DNA of 64,000 bases from positions 2,986,588 through 3,050,587 of the forward strand of contig CAVVMO010000004.1 in the NCBI GenBank assembly GCA_963749345.1, read 5' to 3'. This DNA comes from an uncultured Bacteroidales bacterium (GTDB taxonomy: Bacteria > Bacteroidota > Bacteroidia > Bacteroidales > JAADJA01). The notes beneath the pieces were generated by a model. It worked only from the letters and a program-made list of their open reading frames with translations, had not been told where the DNA came from and did no database searches. A program made the position numbers and the translations under genes. Position 1 is the first letter of the stretch; each line of letters starts with the position of its first letter. Below, piece after piece: positions 20,184 through 30,796 of this stretch.

Positions 20184-20849
20184 ATGATCCGGGCCGAAAA
20201 TATACACAAGTCATTTGGTAAGCTGGAAGTCCTTAAAGGGATTGACCTTAAGGTAGAAAAAGCAGAAATTGTTTCCATTGTCGGAGCATCCGGTGCAGGG
20301 AAATCCACCTTGCTTCACATCATTGGTACACTTGATTTTGCTGAAAAGGGAGAGGTCTATTTTGAAGATAAAGCGATCAGCAATTTAAATGAAAAAAAAC
20401 TGGCTGAATTCAGGAACAAGCACATTGGTTTTGTTTTCCAGTTTCATCATTTGCTGCCGGAATTTACTGCACTTGAAAATGTTTGCATTCCTGCTTTCAT
20501 TGGAAGGGTTCCGCGTAATAAAGCCATTGCAAAAGCAAAGGAATTACTTGGATTTTTAGGATTAGCTGAACGGCTTGATCATAAACCATCGGAGCTTTCC
20601 GGCGGCGAACAGCAGCGGGTGGCAGTGGCCAGGGCGCTGATCAACGATCCTTCGGTAATCCTTGCTGATGAGCCTTCAGGCAATCTCGATTCGGCTTCAT
20701 CAGTCGAATTACATAAGCTGTTTTTTAAGCTGAGGGATGAATTCAGGCAAACTTTCATAATCGTGACTCATAACCTTGAACTGGCTAATATGGCGGATAG
20801 AAAGCTCACGATTAAAGATGGGATCATTCAGAATGGCTCAGGCAAGTAA
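20184..20849 (+). CDS. lolD: ABC transporter ATP-binding protein, LolD/MacB-type
   Basis: Walker [10 protein letters not shown], signature [15 protein letters not shown], Walker [12 protein letters not shown]. Confidence 0.8.
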   Translation: MIRAENIHKSFGKLEVLKGIDLKVEKAEIVSIVGASGAGKSTLLHIIGTLDFAEKGEVYFEDKAISNLNEKKLAEFRNKHIGFVFQFHHLLPEFTALENVCIPAFIGRVPRNKAIAKAKELLGFLGLAERLDHKPSELSGGEQQRVAVARALINDPSVILADEPSGNLDSASSVELHKLFFKLRDEFRQTFIIVTHNLELANMADRKLTIKDGIIQNGSGK

Positions 20850-20924
20850 TAATCGAAAGTCATTATCGTTAATAAAAAAATCTTTTTAAAAAATTGCAAT
20901 ATCAGGAAATTACTAAGCAGCATC

Positions 20925-23900
20925 ATGGCACTTAAAAATCTGTTAATCCTCATTCTAATGTTTCTGTTTTTTCAGCTGACGGCCAATTCGTTTGGTCAGG
21001 TTGGTGATGAAGATTACAAAGCTGCAATAGCCCAGGCCGATAACTATTTTAAAGCAGGCGATTACATCAATGCCAAGGCTTCATACCAATATGCCAGCAG
21101 GCTTAAACCGGGGGAGCAATATCCTAAAGATAGATTGCAGGAATCCATCAATAAGATCAGGGATAAAATGGTGGTGGTTGAGCAATTCAGCATGGTTGTA
21201 GCTGAGGCCGACAAGCAATTCAAAGCCGGAGAATATGAACTGGCAAAAACAAAATATACTGAAGCCAAAAAGATTTTACCTGAAGACCCTTACCCTGACC
21301 AGCAGCTGAATGAAATCATAAGGATTGTTGAAGAGAACACAGCGAAAGAAAGTGAGTATAATGAAGCTATTGCCAACGGAGAGAAATTCATCAAATTCAG
21401 AAAATACGATTTGGCAAAAGCAGAGTTCGAAAAAGCGCTTGCCGTTAGCCCAGATGAGACCTATCCAAAAGAGAAGATTAGCAGAGCTCCAAACCCTGAT
21501 TGAGGAAACCAATAAAACCAAAGCCGCTTACGATGAAACCATAGCCTCTGCCGACAGGCTTTTTAACCTGAAGTATTATGAAAATGCACGCAAAGAGTAC
21601 GAAAAAGCTTTGAATGCAAAACCGGATGAAGATTATCCGGCGGCGCAAATAAAAGAGATCGATAAAATCCTCGTTCAGAAAAATGAATTCGACCGGCTTG
21701 TCAACCTTGCTGATGAGGCCTACGGAAACAAAGACATGGAAACGGCAAAGGCAAATTACCAGGCAGCGTTGAAAATTTATCCTGACGAGAACTACCCGAA
21801 AACCATGATCGATAAAGTCAATAGCAGCTTGCTTACCAGTGCGGAACAGCAAGGATGAACTTTATCAGAAATCTATAGCTGATGCGGATAAATTTCTTTC
21901 TGCGAAGGACTATACCAATGCTCTGAAGGAATATGAAAATGCCTCAACGCTTAAACCGGCAGAGCAGTACCCGACTCAAAAAATTGCAGAAGTCAAAGGC
22001 CTGATGGATAAAATTTCAGGTGATGAGCTTGAGTTCAACCGTGCAGTCCAGCGAGGAGAGCAATTAATGGCTCAAAAAGATTACACATCTGCCCGGGGCG
22101 AATTTACAAAAGCCAGTCAGCTTAAGCCAAATGAATCGTATCCGAAGGAAAAGCTTCAGGAGATTAATCAATTATTGAAACAGCAGGATGAAAACCAGAC
22201 GAGCTTTGATCAGTCTGTAGCGAGGGCGGAAGAATATTATGCAAAAAAGGAATATGATCAGGCATTGAATGAATATCAGAAAGCCCTGGTTTTTATTCCC
22301 GGACAGAAAGATGATCCTGGACAAGATTGATGAGATCAACAGGATGAAATCAGGCCTTGCTGAAAAAGACAAACAGTTTGCTTCCTTGCTTTCTGATGCT
22401 GATAAGTTGTTTGATAAGGCTTCCTACAACGAAGCCAAAGGAAAGTACAATGAAATTCTTGTAATTGAGCCGGATGATGAACATGCCAAAGCCAGGATCG
22501 CCGAAATCGATCAAATCCAGACGGCTCAAAGGGAAATAGAAAATAATTACAACAAGACTATTGCAGCAGCCGACATCTATTTTAAAAATCAGGAATATGA
22601 AAGTGCCAGAACTGAATACCAGAAAGCTTCCTCGTTAAAACCTGCAGAGCTTTACCCAGCCAATAAACTGGTTGAGCTCAATAATATTTTGGAAGGACAG
22701 GCGGCTCAACAAAATTCCTATGACCAATTGATCGCTGGAGCTGACAAGCTTTACAGTGAAGGGAAATATGAACAGGCAAGAATCGAATACCAAAAAGCAC
22801 TGGATATTAGACCCAGACGAAAAATATCCTGCTGAAAAAATTGCTGAAATATCGAAATTGCTCAACTCATTTGCTGATGAGAACAGGGAGTATAATGATG
22901 CGATCAGCGCGGCTGATGAACTTTTCAACCTTAAAAAGTACGCTGAAGCCAATTTGATGTATTTGAAGGCTACTAATATCAAGCCGAAGGAACAATATCC
23001 AAAGGACCGAATGCTTGAAACAGATCAGATGATCAGCCAGCAAAAAGCAGCTGAGGCGGAATATAACCAATATGTTTCGGCCGGCGACCGGATGATGGAG
23101 TCGAAGGAATATGACAAAGCTAAGTGAGAAGTACAATCTGGCTATAGCCATCAGACCTGATGAGAAATATCCTCGGGACCAAATTACGTGAAGTGGAACA
23201 GATTATTTTAGCTCAGGAAAAGATAGTTCAGGAAACCTATGATAATCTGGTCGCTCAGCCGACGATTATTTTAACAAGACAGGAATATGACCAGGCAAAG
23301 ATCAAATACCAGAATGCCTTAAAATATAAGCCAGATGAGCTTTACCCGGTTCAGAAACTGGGCGAAATTGAAGCGCTGGTTTCTGATCTTGAAATGCTGA
23401 AAGCCAATTATCAACGGTTGATCGCTGATGCGGATGTGAACTTCAAGGCAAAAGAGTATCAGGAAGCTAAATCGAAATACGTTGAAGCGTCAGCGCTGTT
23501 CCCGAAAGAAGAATACCCATAACTAAAATTGAGGAGATCAACCTTTACTTTAAAGCGGACAATCTTAAGATGCAGCAAGCTTATGATAAATCGATTGCCG
23601 ATGCCGATAAATTCTTTGCATCCAATGTCCTCGACCAGGCGCTCGAAAGTTACCGGACAGCTAAAAGTATCCTGCCCGAGGAATCGTACCCGGATGAAAT
23701 GATCAACCGGATTTTGGGGATACTCGATGCCAATGCCGTCAGGGATTTGCTTGGTTCAGCCAATAACCATCGCAAACAATGAAGAAAAAAGACTGAAGTT
23801 TGAACCGGTGTTAGTTACCGACAGGAAAAGCAACATGATTTTTATCAAAGCCCGCAATACCACCGATGTTGAATGTAAAGTTGTGCTTAGTTACGGCAAA

Positions 23901-24080
23901 GGCGGTTCAAAAAACGGAGGTTTTATATTACCCATTCCGGCTTCGCAGCAAAGCAAGGAGTACATCATTTCTGTAGGTAAACAATACACATGGTTCAGCC
24001 AGGATAATGACTGGATCAGCCTGGTGCCGCAGGGAGGTTCGGTGGAATTGATACTGGTCAAGATTTCGAAGGGGAATTAG
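20925..24080 (+). pseudogene. Secreted ~57-aa-repeat (TPR-like, ...Y..A..L.P.E.YP...I.EI...) protein, at least 8 frame breaks as sequenced
   Basis: Eight ORF fragments in frames 0,1,2,0,1,(2),0,2,0 all carry the same repeat (for example YPKDRLQESINKI, YPDQQLNEIIRIV, YPAAQIKEIDKIL, YPAEKIAEISKLL). Signal peptide at 20925. A non-repeat C-terminal domain lies at 23790-24080. Confidence 0.7.
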
Positions 24081-24474
24081 ATCAGATGTAAGACTTTAGA
24101 TTTTAGACGTTAGATTGCGGGAAGGTTGTCACTGGTTGCTTGTTACTGGTTGCTGTTAGTGAAGACCGCTTGCAGGCATCGGTCCTGTTTACCCACTTAC
24201 TAAGATAGGATGACTTATCTGCCGCAGGCATGACTGGCGCCAGGTTTGAATACGACCAACCGGGAATTTAAAGAATCAGTCAGTTTTTTACCACATAGGA
24301 TCATAGGCACATCAGAAATCACATAGGAAATTTATAACAAAAATTCGATTAGCCCTATGTGAATCCTATGTTTCTATTTTGGCTATGTGGTTAACTTTTA
24401 AAACTATTGTAAATTGTTCACGGTTATTTCCCGCAGGGGGAGATTAGTTTAAGGAAAGGAGTGAAATTGAAGTT

Positions 24475-24816
24475 TTAGTTTTTATCAATTACTTCAGCAA
24501 TCTGTTTATTTAATTCCGGAATCTTATTTTTAATTACATCCCAGACAATTGAATAATTTACCCCCATATAGTCATGGATTAATCTATCTCTCATTCCGGC
24601 CATATTCCTCCATTGGATTGTAGCCCACTTTATCTTGAAATCTGCAGGAATTTTTTTTGAAGCTTCACCAATTATCTCCAAACTTCTGACAACAGCCCGC
24701 TTTAAAGTTTCATCATTCAGGAAGTCTTCTTTTGAAATGCCTTTGTCAATGAAGGACAGAATGAAATTACTCTCATCGAGTATATGTTTTAAATATTCAA
24801 TTGGCTCTTTAGACAT
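24475..24816 (-). CDS. hepT: HEPN-domain (DUF86) toxin HepT
   Basis: 113 aa with the RDRLIHDY motif (R-x4-H). Overlaps the upstream nucleotidyltransferase gene by 8 nt. Confidence 0.8.
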   Translation of the reverse strand: MSKEPIEYLKHILDESNFILSFIDKGISKEDFLNDETLKRAVVRSLEIIGEASKKIPADFKIKWATIQWRNMAGMRDRLIHDYMGVNYSIVWDVIKNKIPELNKQIAEVIDKN

Positions 24817-25132
24817 ACATAACCTCTTTTAAGATACTGGGGCCAATATATGGGCTTAAACCGTTTTTAGTTATTATTTCAACCTTTTCATTTTTGAAAA
24901 GCTGCTCAAAAATGTCGTAAACGGCCATATAGTTGTCGTAGTTTTCCATTTCAGGATCAAAATCAATCAAAATATCAATGTCACTGGTGGCCGATTGTTC
25001 ACCCCTTAGGTAGGAACCGAAAAGCCCGATATCTGTAATCCCGAGTTTTGTTAGTTCAGGCTTGTGGTTTCTTAGGGTTGCCAGTATATATTCTTTATTT
25101 GTCACGCGGTAAACTTTACTGCAAAAGTACAA
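24809..25132 (-). CDS. mntA: Minimal nucleotidyltransferase antitoxin MntA
   Basis: GLFGSYLRGEQSATSDIDILIDF (the G-S...D-x-D nucleotidyltransferase motif). Start uncertain: TTG 25132 or GTG 25105. Confidence 0.75.
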   Translation of the reverse strand: MYFCSKVYRVTNKEYILATLRNHKPELTKLGITDIGLFGSYLRGEQSATSDIDILIDFDPEMENYDNYMAVYDIFEQLFKNEKVEIITKNGLSPYIGPSILKEVMYV

Positions 25133-25273
25133 ATCTTAACTTGATTGAAATTCGTCTTTTAAATTATGCAGCGGTTTTCACTTATAAATCCAATCCCGGT
25201 TGGTGCGGATAATAGTTTTAAACTATTTTATACGAGGGAGGTCAGCATCAGAATTCGCTCATCCTGCGAATAA

Positions 25274-25486
25274 TCATCCCTTTATTGCTATAATAATTTT
25301 ATTTGATACAACGATTATTCCATACAATATCATTCCTGTTCCGAAGAAAATTAAAGTCATCAGGGTAATATCAATCAGGTTCTGTAATCTGCTTGGGTCT
25401 AATTCATCAGAATCCATAATAAAGCCAAATATTGACAGCAAAAATGCGATGATTGCAATAATTAAAATATTTCTCTTGTGTTTCAT
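25274..25486 (-). CDS. Small two-TM membrane protein (hypothetical)
   Basis: 70-aa ORF with two hydrophobic helices. No recognisable family. Confidence 0.35.
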   Translation of the reverse strand: MKHKRNILIIAIIAFLLSIFGFIMDSDELDPSRLQNLIDITLMTLIFFGTGMILYGIIVVSNKIIIAIKG

Positions 25487-25572
25487 TTTGTTGTTTTTTA
25501 TATAAACGAATAATCTGCGACAAATTGTGTCTATTGTGGGATGAGAGCTGCCAATTTTGTATCAGTTACTGT

Positions 25573-25635
25573 TTTCCTTCATTCCCCTTCCACCACTTCC
25601 CACAGTCCTGTGCTGGTTTCGCTGGGGTTGTAACC
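25573..25635. repeat. ~63-bp repeat, copy 1 (CCACCACTTCCCACAGTCCTGTGCTGGTTTCGCTGGGGTTGTAACC)
   Basis: Nearly identical to 27175-27238. Contains the palindrome CACAGTCCTGTG. Confidence 0.75.
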
Positions 25636-25673
25636 CGCTGCCAGATATAAGGGCAGGTCACCTGCGAAGGGCA

Positions 25674-27040
25674 CTAATCCCGCAGGCAACGGATACTCAA
25701 GCCCCAGGGCTTATCGGAGAAATGCTTGAACACATAGCCTTGCCAGTAACACAGAGAGCGTAACCGGGCGTAGATCAATAAGTGCTCCGTAGAAGACAAC
25801 CAGTACCCGTAATTGCCAATTTCGCCGAAGTAACCTTCGAAGCTACGCATGCCCCCGGAAGACCTGAAAAGCCGTAATCATCTGTGCCATAATTCCCGTA
25901 AAATGTATCTTCATTCCATCGTGGTGGCTGGCTTGAGTTGCAACCTCCACCGAGAGGAGAGTTATCCTGCCTGCAGGATTTCAGTTCATTACCATGGGGT
26001 TCACCGGTTCCGCCAATAAAGTCTGTTAATGAGGTCCATTCGTAATCTGTGGGTACGTGCCAACCTGTAGGGCAAAGTCCATTGGTGTCAACTGTTGCAA
26101 ACCAGTTATATAATGCGCCGTAGAGGTCTTTCCAGCTTATGTTGTTATCATACCACACATAAGCGCCAGTATTGAGATTAATCCATGCATTTTCGTCCGT
26201 TACATTGGGGATTGCCGCACCATTTCGATAGGTTGTGGTTTTCAGGTTTTCTTTCATCCAGCATTGGTTGCCTATAAGAACTGTGTTGTAAACGTTTCCT
26301 TCAATATCGGTAACTGTCGGCATGTTAGGGCAGGGCATGCCACCGCTGCCAAATAGAAATGTGTAGGTCTGGTTCCCGGATGGTGTATCAATGATTGTCT
26401 TGTTGCCCAACGTTGATGACGCCGTGTATTGAAGCTGATCTCCGAGGTCGAAAACAAAGTTGTTCAACATTTTACCTGTCTTATATCCACCGGTGCCGGT
26501 TTTTGTACCATTGTATTCGAGGGTGCAAAGTCCACTTACGGCAGCAATGCCCGGGGAATTGAACATTTTTATCGTCCGGCTTTGCTCATCTGCACGGGCA
26601 GTAAAAAAATAGAGGCTTTCCCTGCCAGGACAGAAGCTGAAGGTATGGGCGCCTTGTACTAACTTAAATTCCTGGTTGACCACCTCCCTTCCCATCACAT
26701 CACTGACTGTAATCACAACATTCTCACTTTCAAGTAACCGAAGGCAAATTGTCGTTTTGCCTTTCATTGGATTGGGATAGTTTTGGGAGAGGAAAAAACC
26801 AATGCCACTGAAATCACTGATTTCTTCCATTCCGGCAACATAATCCAGCACCAGCAATGTATCCGGTGCATAAAGTGTGGTGTCACCGCCCTGGGTCAGG
26901 TTCTCGATCAAAATGCTGTTCAGCGGAACATGGTGGCCGTTGTCGTCGGCGCTGAAGGTTAAGGTAATTGATGGTTTCTGGGCATATGCTCCCATGATCA
27001 TTCCGATCATTGCAATGGTGAGTAAAATTCTTGTTTTCAT
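25674..27040 (-). pseudogene. FISUMP (Fibrobacter succinogenes major paralogous) domain protein; frame break at a C5/G5 run
   Basis: DIEGNVYNTVLIGNQCWMKENL...YGALYNW...CPTGWHVPTDYEW...GFSGLPGG. After the G5 run (plus-strand C5 at 25852-25856) the domain continues in another frame: MRSFEGYFGEIGNYGYWLSSTE...GLSIRCLRD-stop at 25674. The likely start is ATG 27040. Confidence 0.75.
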
Positions 27041-27174
27041 AAATTCTTCTATTAAGCTATTGTCTATTATATTTGGCAACTATGATTTGAAAGGATTTTT
27101 TTCAAACGATTCCGTTCCAATCACGAATAATATAGGAATAAATTTTCTCATTCTCACATTAATTAATTTTCTCA

Positions 27175-27238
27175 TTTCCTTCATTCCACATCCACCACTT
27201 CCCACAGTCCTGTGCTGGTTTCGCTCGGGTTGTAAACC
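27175..27238. repeat. ~63-bp repeat, copy 2
   Basis: TTTCCTTCATTCCACATCCACCACTTCCCACAGTCCTGTGCTGGTTTCGCTCGGGTTGTAAACC. Confidence 0.75.
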
Positions 27239-27605
27239 AAGAGTAAGATGGCAAATTTTCTAATTGTATAATACTTTAAATGAACTTTAGCTAAAATCCC
27301 CATAAAACTACAAATAATAAAATCAACCGAAAACAAAGCCGGAAAGATTATTTGCCGAATTTATAAATATTCAGATAGCAATACGTGAAATCTTCTGCGA
27401 AGATCATTGTTATCAGCGGGGAAATAAGAATTTTTACTCCCGCAGAATGCGCAGATTTCGCAGATTAATATAAACTACCGGTGATTTGAAGTAATGCATC
27501 CAACGAAATAAATCTTTCAGGGCAGGTATGGAAAAGAGCAGGAACGGTTTAGAATTAAGGCAGACTGAAATTTCAGATCATTTATCGATCTTCAATTAAT
27601 TACAT

Positions 27606-28271
27606 TTATTCCTGGTATTCCTGCGTTATGGCATAGTCCGTAATAACATACTCATTCCGCCATAAGCCAATCCACCCATAATAATTCTTGTTTTCTTTAA
27701 TAAGCTTGATTCCGATATATTTACTATTGTTTTCATAAATATCCTTCCAGAAACCTTCTGTCAGATTACAATAAGGTGACAATACCCAGGTTTTACGATA
27801 AATGAGCGATTTGGTCTTTGAATAGTACCCCATACTGCTGCTTATTGTATCATAAGCTGTGATGGTATCCACCCAATCAAGGGATGAATGCATGCATGGC
27901 TCAATAGCCGGGTTGGGATATTCAGTTGGAACAGCGCAAATTTCATTTTCCTGCAGAGGGATTAAGTGGAATTCTGTTTTCCCGACGCCCATCTCTGCGG
28001 GATGACCTTTCTCCATGTAAAAGATATAATCGTTTGTACCATCCATATTCAGGTCAAGATAAACACTGGTGTCCTGGTTTTCATAAGCATTTGCAATAAA
28101 ACATTTAAGGTCCGGAACGAAATCATGATAATGGATGCCATTACCGGATTTTTGACCTGCAAGGATATATTCAGGATGATAAATTGTTTTATCATCGTTG
28201 CACGAAATACAAAATGTTATGGCACAAACCAGTAAGGCTTTTAGTATTGTTCTCATTTTGTGTGTTTTCAT
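27606..28271 (-). CDS. Hypothetical lipoprotein
   Basis: 221 aa with signal/lipobox ...LLVCAITFCISC. Confidence 0.6.
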   Translation of the reverse strand: MKTHKMRTILKALLVCAITFCISCNDDKTIYHPEYILAGQKSGNGIHYHDFVPDLKCFIANAYENQDTSVYLDLNMDGTNDYIFYMEKGHPAEMGVGKTEFHLIPLQENEICAVPTEYPNPAIEPCMHSSLDWVDTITAYDTISSSMGYYSKTKSLIYRKTWVLSPYCNLTEGFWKDIYENNSKYIGIKLIKENKNYYGWIGLWRNEYVITDYAITQEYQE

Positions 28272-28675
28272 GATATCATTTGGTTTGTCAGTATTCCTGT
28301 TTTTTAGTATGAACGGGATGTCATCTGTTTAATGAAATTATTTCGGTATAAAATTACGAATAAAATACCTATAATCCTCTTACTAATATATTAATGATAA
28401 AACCATTACCTTTCTGTGTGATTGTTAGATTAAACAAGATTTATATGAGGGTATATTTAATTTTTAATGGTTACTAGAACATGTTGGAAAATAATTTGCC
28501 GACATTTTATCATTCAACCTTTAAATGGCTTTAGTGGCTGTTATATCTTTTTTGCCAAAAATTATTTCCCGAAAATAAAACCCATTGGGGCGATGGCAGG
28601 TATAAAATTTTAATTTTGCATGAACTTTTATCTGTTTAACCGCTTATTATATAAGCGGAACAAAAGCAACTGATC

Positions 28676-30796
28676 ATGAAAGAAGCACTATCGTATTTCA
28701 AAACCCCCGTTACCGACCCGGTGCTTGTATTTACCATTGTGCTGCTCATCATCCTGCTTATTCCTGTTTTTCTTCGTAAAATAAGAATCCCGAGCATCGT
28801 GGGATTCATCATTGCCGGGGTTGCTTTCGGGCCTTTCGGGCTGAATCTCCTGGAGCGCAATGCCGCCATCATCCTTTTCGGTACGGTAGGGCTCATCTAC
28901 ATCATGTTCCTTGCCGGCCTCGATCTCGACTTCAGCGAGTTTAAAAAGAGCAGGAATAAAAGTATCTTCTTTGGCATCCTTACCTTTGCTTTTCCTTTTT
29001 TTCTTGGTCTGCCTGTTTGTTTGTACATCCTTAATTTGGATATGCTTCCATCCATCCTGGTGTCGAGCATGTTTTCGACGCATACACTCGTGGCTTACCC
29101 TATTGCCAGCCGGCTTGGGGTGACCAGGACCGTCCCGGTGATGCTGGCGGTGGGAGGAACCATCATCACCGATGTGGTGGTGCTGCTTATTCTGGCCGTC
29201 GTGGTGCGAACCGAGGAAGGAACTGCCGGCGCGGGTTTCTGGTTACAGCTCATCATTTCACTCATCGTTTTCAGTTTCATCGTTTTCTGGAGTTTTCCGA
29301 AGATCGCACGCTGGTTTCTGAAAAACATGGAAAGCGAAAAAACCATCCAGTACATTTTCGTTCTGACGTTGTTATTTATTGCAGCTTTTCTAGCAAAGCT
29401 TGCAGGCATAGAGCCCATCCTGGGTGCGTTTGTTGCAGGGATTACACTGAACAAGATGATACCAAATACCTCGGCATTAATGAACAGGATTGAATTTGTG
29501 GGAAACGCCCTCTTCATTCCATTCTTCCTTATCAGTGTTGGAATGCTTGTCGACCTTAGGGTTTTGTTCAACGGTTGGGAAGCTTTTATTGTTATTGTCG
29601 TATTAAGCTCGGCTGCTTTGATAGGCAAATGGCTTGCTGCTTTTTTTACACAGAAGGCATTCCGCTTTTCACGCGATCAGCGGCAGATCATCTTCGGACT
29701 GAGCAGCTCGCATGCTGCTGCCACACTTGCCGTGATCACCATCGGATACAATATCGGGCTGGTAAATATCAATGTGCTGAACGGGACCATCATTCTTGTT
29801 TTTGTCACCTGCCTTGTGGCCTCTTTTGTAACTGAGAGAGCTGCCAGGAACCTTGCCAAGGCCGAGAGTGCCAGTGCCGGACAATTACCGGCAGTTTCTG
29901 AAAAAATGCTTGTATCAATATATAACCCCTCAACCATCGAAAGGCTAATGGACCTGGCCATTCTGCTTCAAATGAAGAAATCAAAGGAATCCATTTACAC
30001 TTTGTCGGTTGTCAGGGATGATGATGAAGCCAAAACCAGGGTGATCAGCAGCAATAAAATGCTGCAGCAAGCTATACAGCATGCATCGTCTACCGATCAC
30101 CATGTCCAGGTTATAACCCGAATTGATGTAAATGTCTCGAGCGACATCAGCAGAACGGTTAAAGAGCTTTTAATCACTTGCGTAATTATGGGCTGGAGCG
30201 ATAGGGTAAAGGCCGGGGATAAAATTTTTGGTACCATTCTCACCAACATCCTCAATAATTGTAACCAGATGCTATGGGTATGCAGGATTCAGCAATCGCT
30301 TAACACCTTTAAAAAAATTATCGTTCTGGTTCCTTCAAATGCTGAATTTGAAATCGGATTCATCCATTTGTACAATAAAATTATTGAACTCAGTGCGCAA
30401 GTAGGTGAGGGGGTAACATTTTGTTGTACCGAGGAAACCCGTAAAAACCTTATTAAGATAACAAATACGAACAAACCAGGAACAAATTTTCAGACCCTCT
30501 ATTTTGATGATTGGTTAAATTTATCGGGAATATCTGAATTAATTCAACCCGATCACCTGTTAATGGTTATAAATGCACGGCGGGGTACGCTGTCGTATCA
30601 AAATTCTTTTCAGTCGTTACCGGATAAACTTCCATTTATGTTTGAAAACAGGAGTCTCATCCTTATTTTCCCAGAACAAAGTGACAAGGTTACCGGGGCA
30701 TTGAACCTGGAAGGTATGGATATGCTGGACGTTCAGCAAAACATTAACCTTATCGGGAAATTGGGTAAACTGATCAGGAACATTTTCAGCAAATGA
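28676..30796 (+). CDS. Cation:proton antiporter (CPA2 / Na+/H+-exchanger family) with a long cytoplasmic C-terminal domain
   Basis: About 400 aa of polytopic membrane domain (IPSIVGFIIAGVAFGP..., 11-13 TM helices) followed by about 300 soluble residues. Confidence 0.8.
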   Translation: MKEALSYFKTPVTDPVLVFTIVLLIILLIPVFLRKIRIPSIVGFIIAGVAFGPFGLNLLERNAAIILFGTVGLIYIMFLAGLDLDFSEFKKSRNKSIFFGILTFAFPFFLGLPVCLYILNLDMLPSILVSSMFSTHTLVAYPIASRLGVTRTVPVMLAVGGTIITDVVVLLILAVVVRTEEGTAGAGFWLQLIISLIVFSFIVFWSFPKIARWFLKNMESEKTIQYIFVLTLLFIAAFLAKLAGIEPILGAFVAGITLNKMIPNTSALMNRIEFVGNALFIPFFLISVGMLVDLRVLFNGWEAFIVIVVLSSAALIGKWLAAFFTQKAFRFSRDQRQIIFGLSSSHAAATLAVITIGYNIGLVNINVLNGTIILVFVTCLVASFVTERAARNLAKAESASAGQLPAVSEKMLVSIYNPSTIERLMDLAILLQMKKSKESIYTLSVVRDDDEAKTRVISSNKMLQQAIQHASSTDHHVQVITRIDVNVSSDISRTVKELLITCVIMGWSDRVKAGDKIFGTILTNILNNCNQMLWVCRIQQSLNTFKKIIVLVPSNAEFEIGFIHLYNKIIELSAQVGEGVTFCCTEETRKNLIKITNTNKPGTNFQTLYFDDWLNLSGISELIQPDHLLMVINARRGTLSYQNSFQSLPDKLPFMFENRSLILIFPEQSDKVTGALNLEGMDMLDVQQNINLIGKLGKLIRNIFSK

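Noticed and set aside
20925-24080. Programmed +1 ribosomal frameshifting at ATT-A sites
   Set aside because: Eight shifts in one gene, including one of the opposite sign, no shared slippery or stimulatory structure, and poor re-pairing of tRNA-Ile on UUA make recoding very unlikely. Error or decay is favoured.
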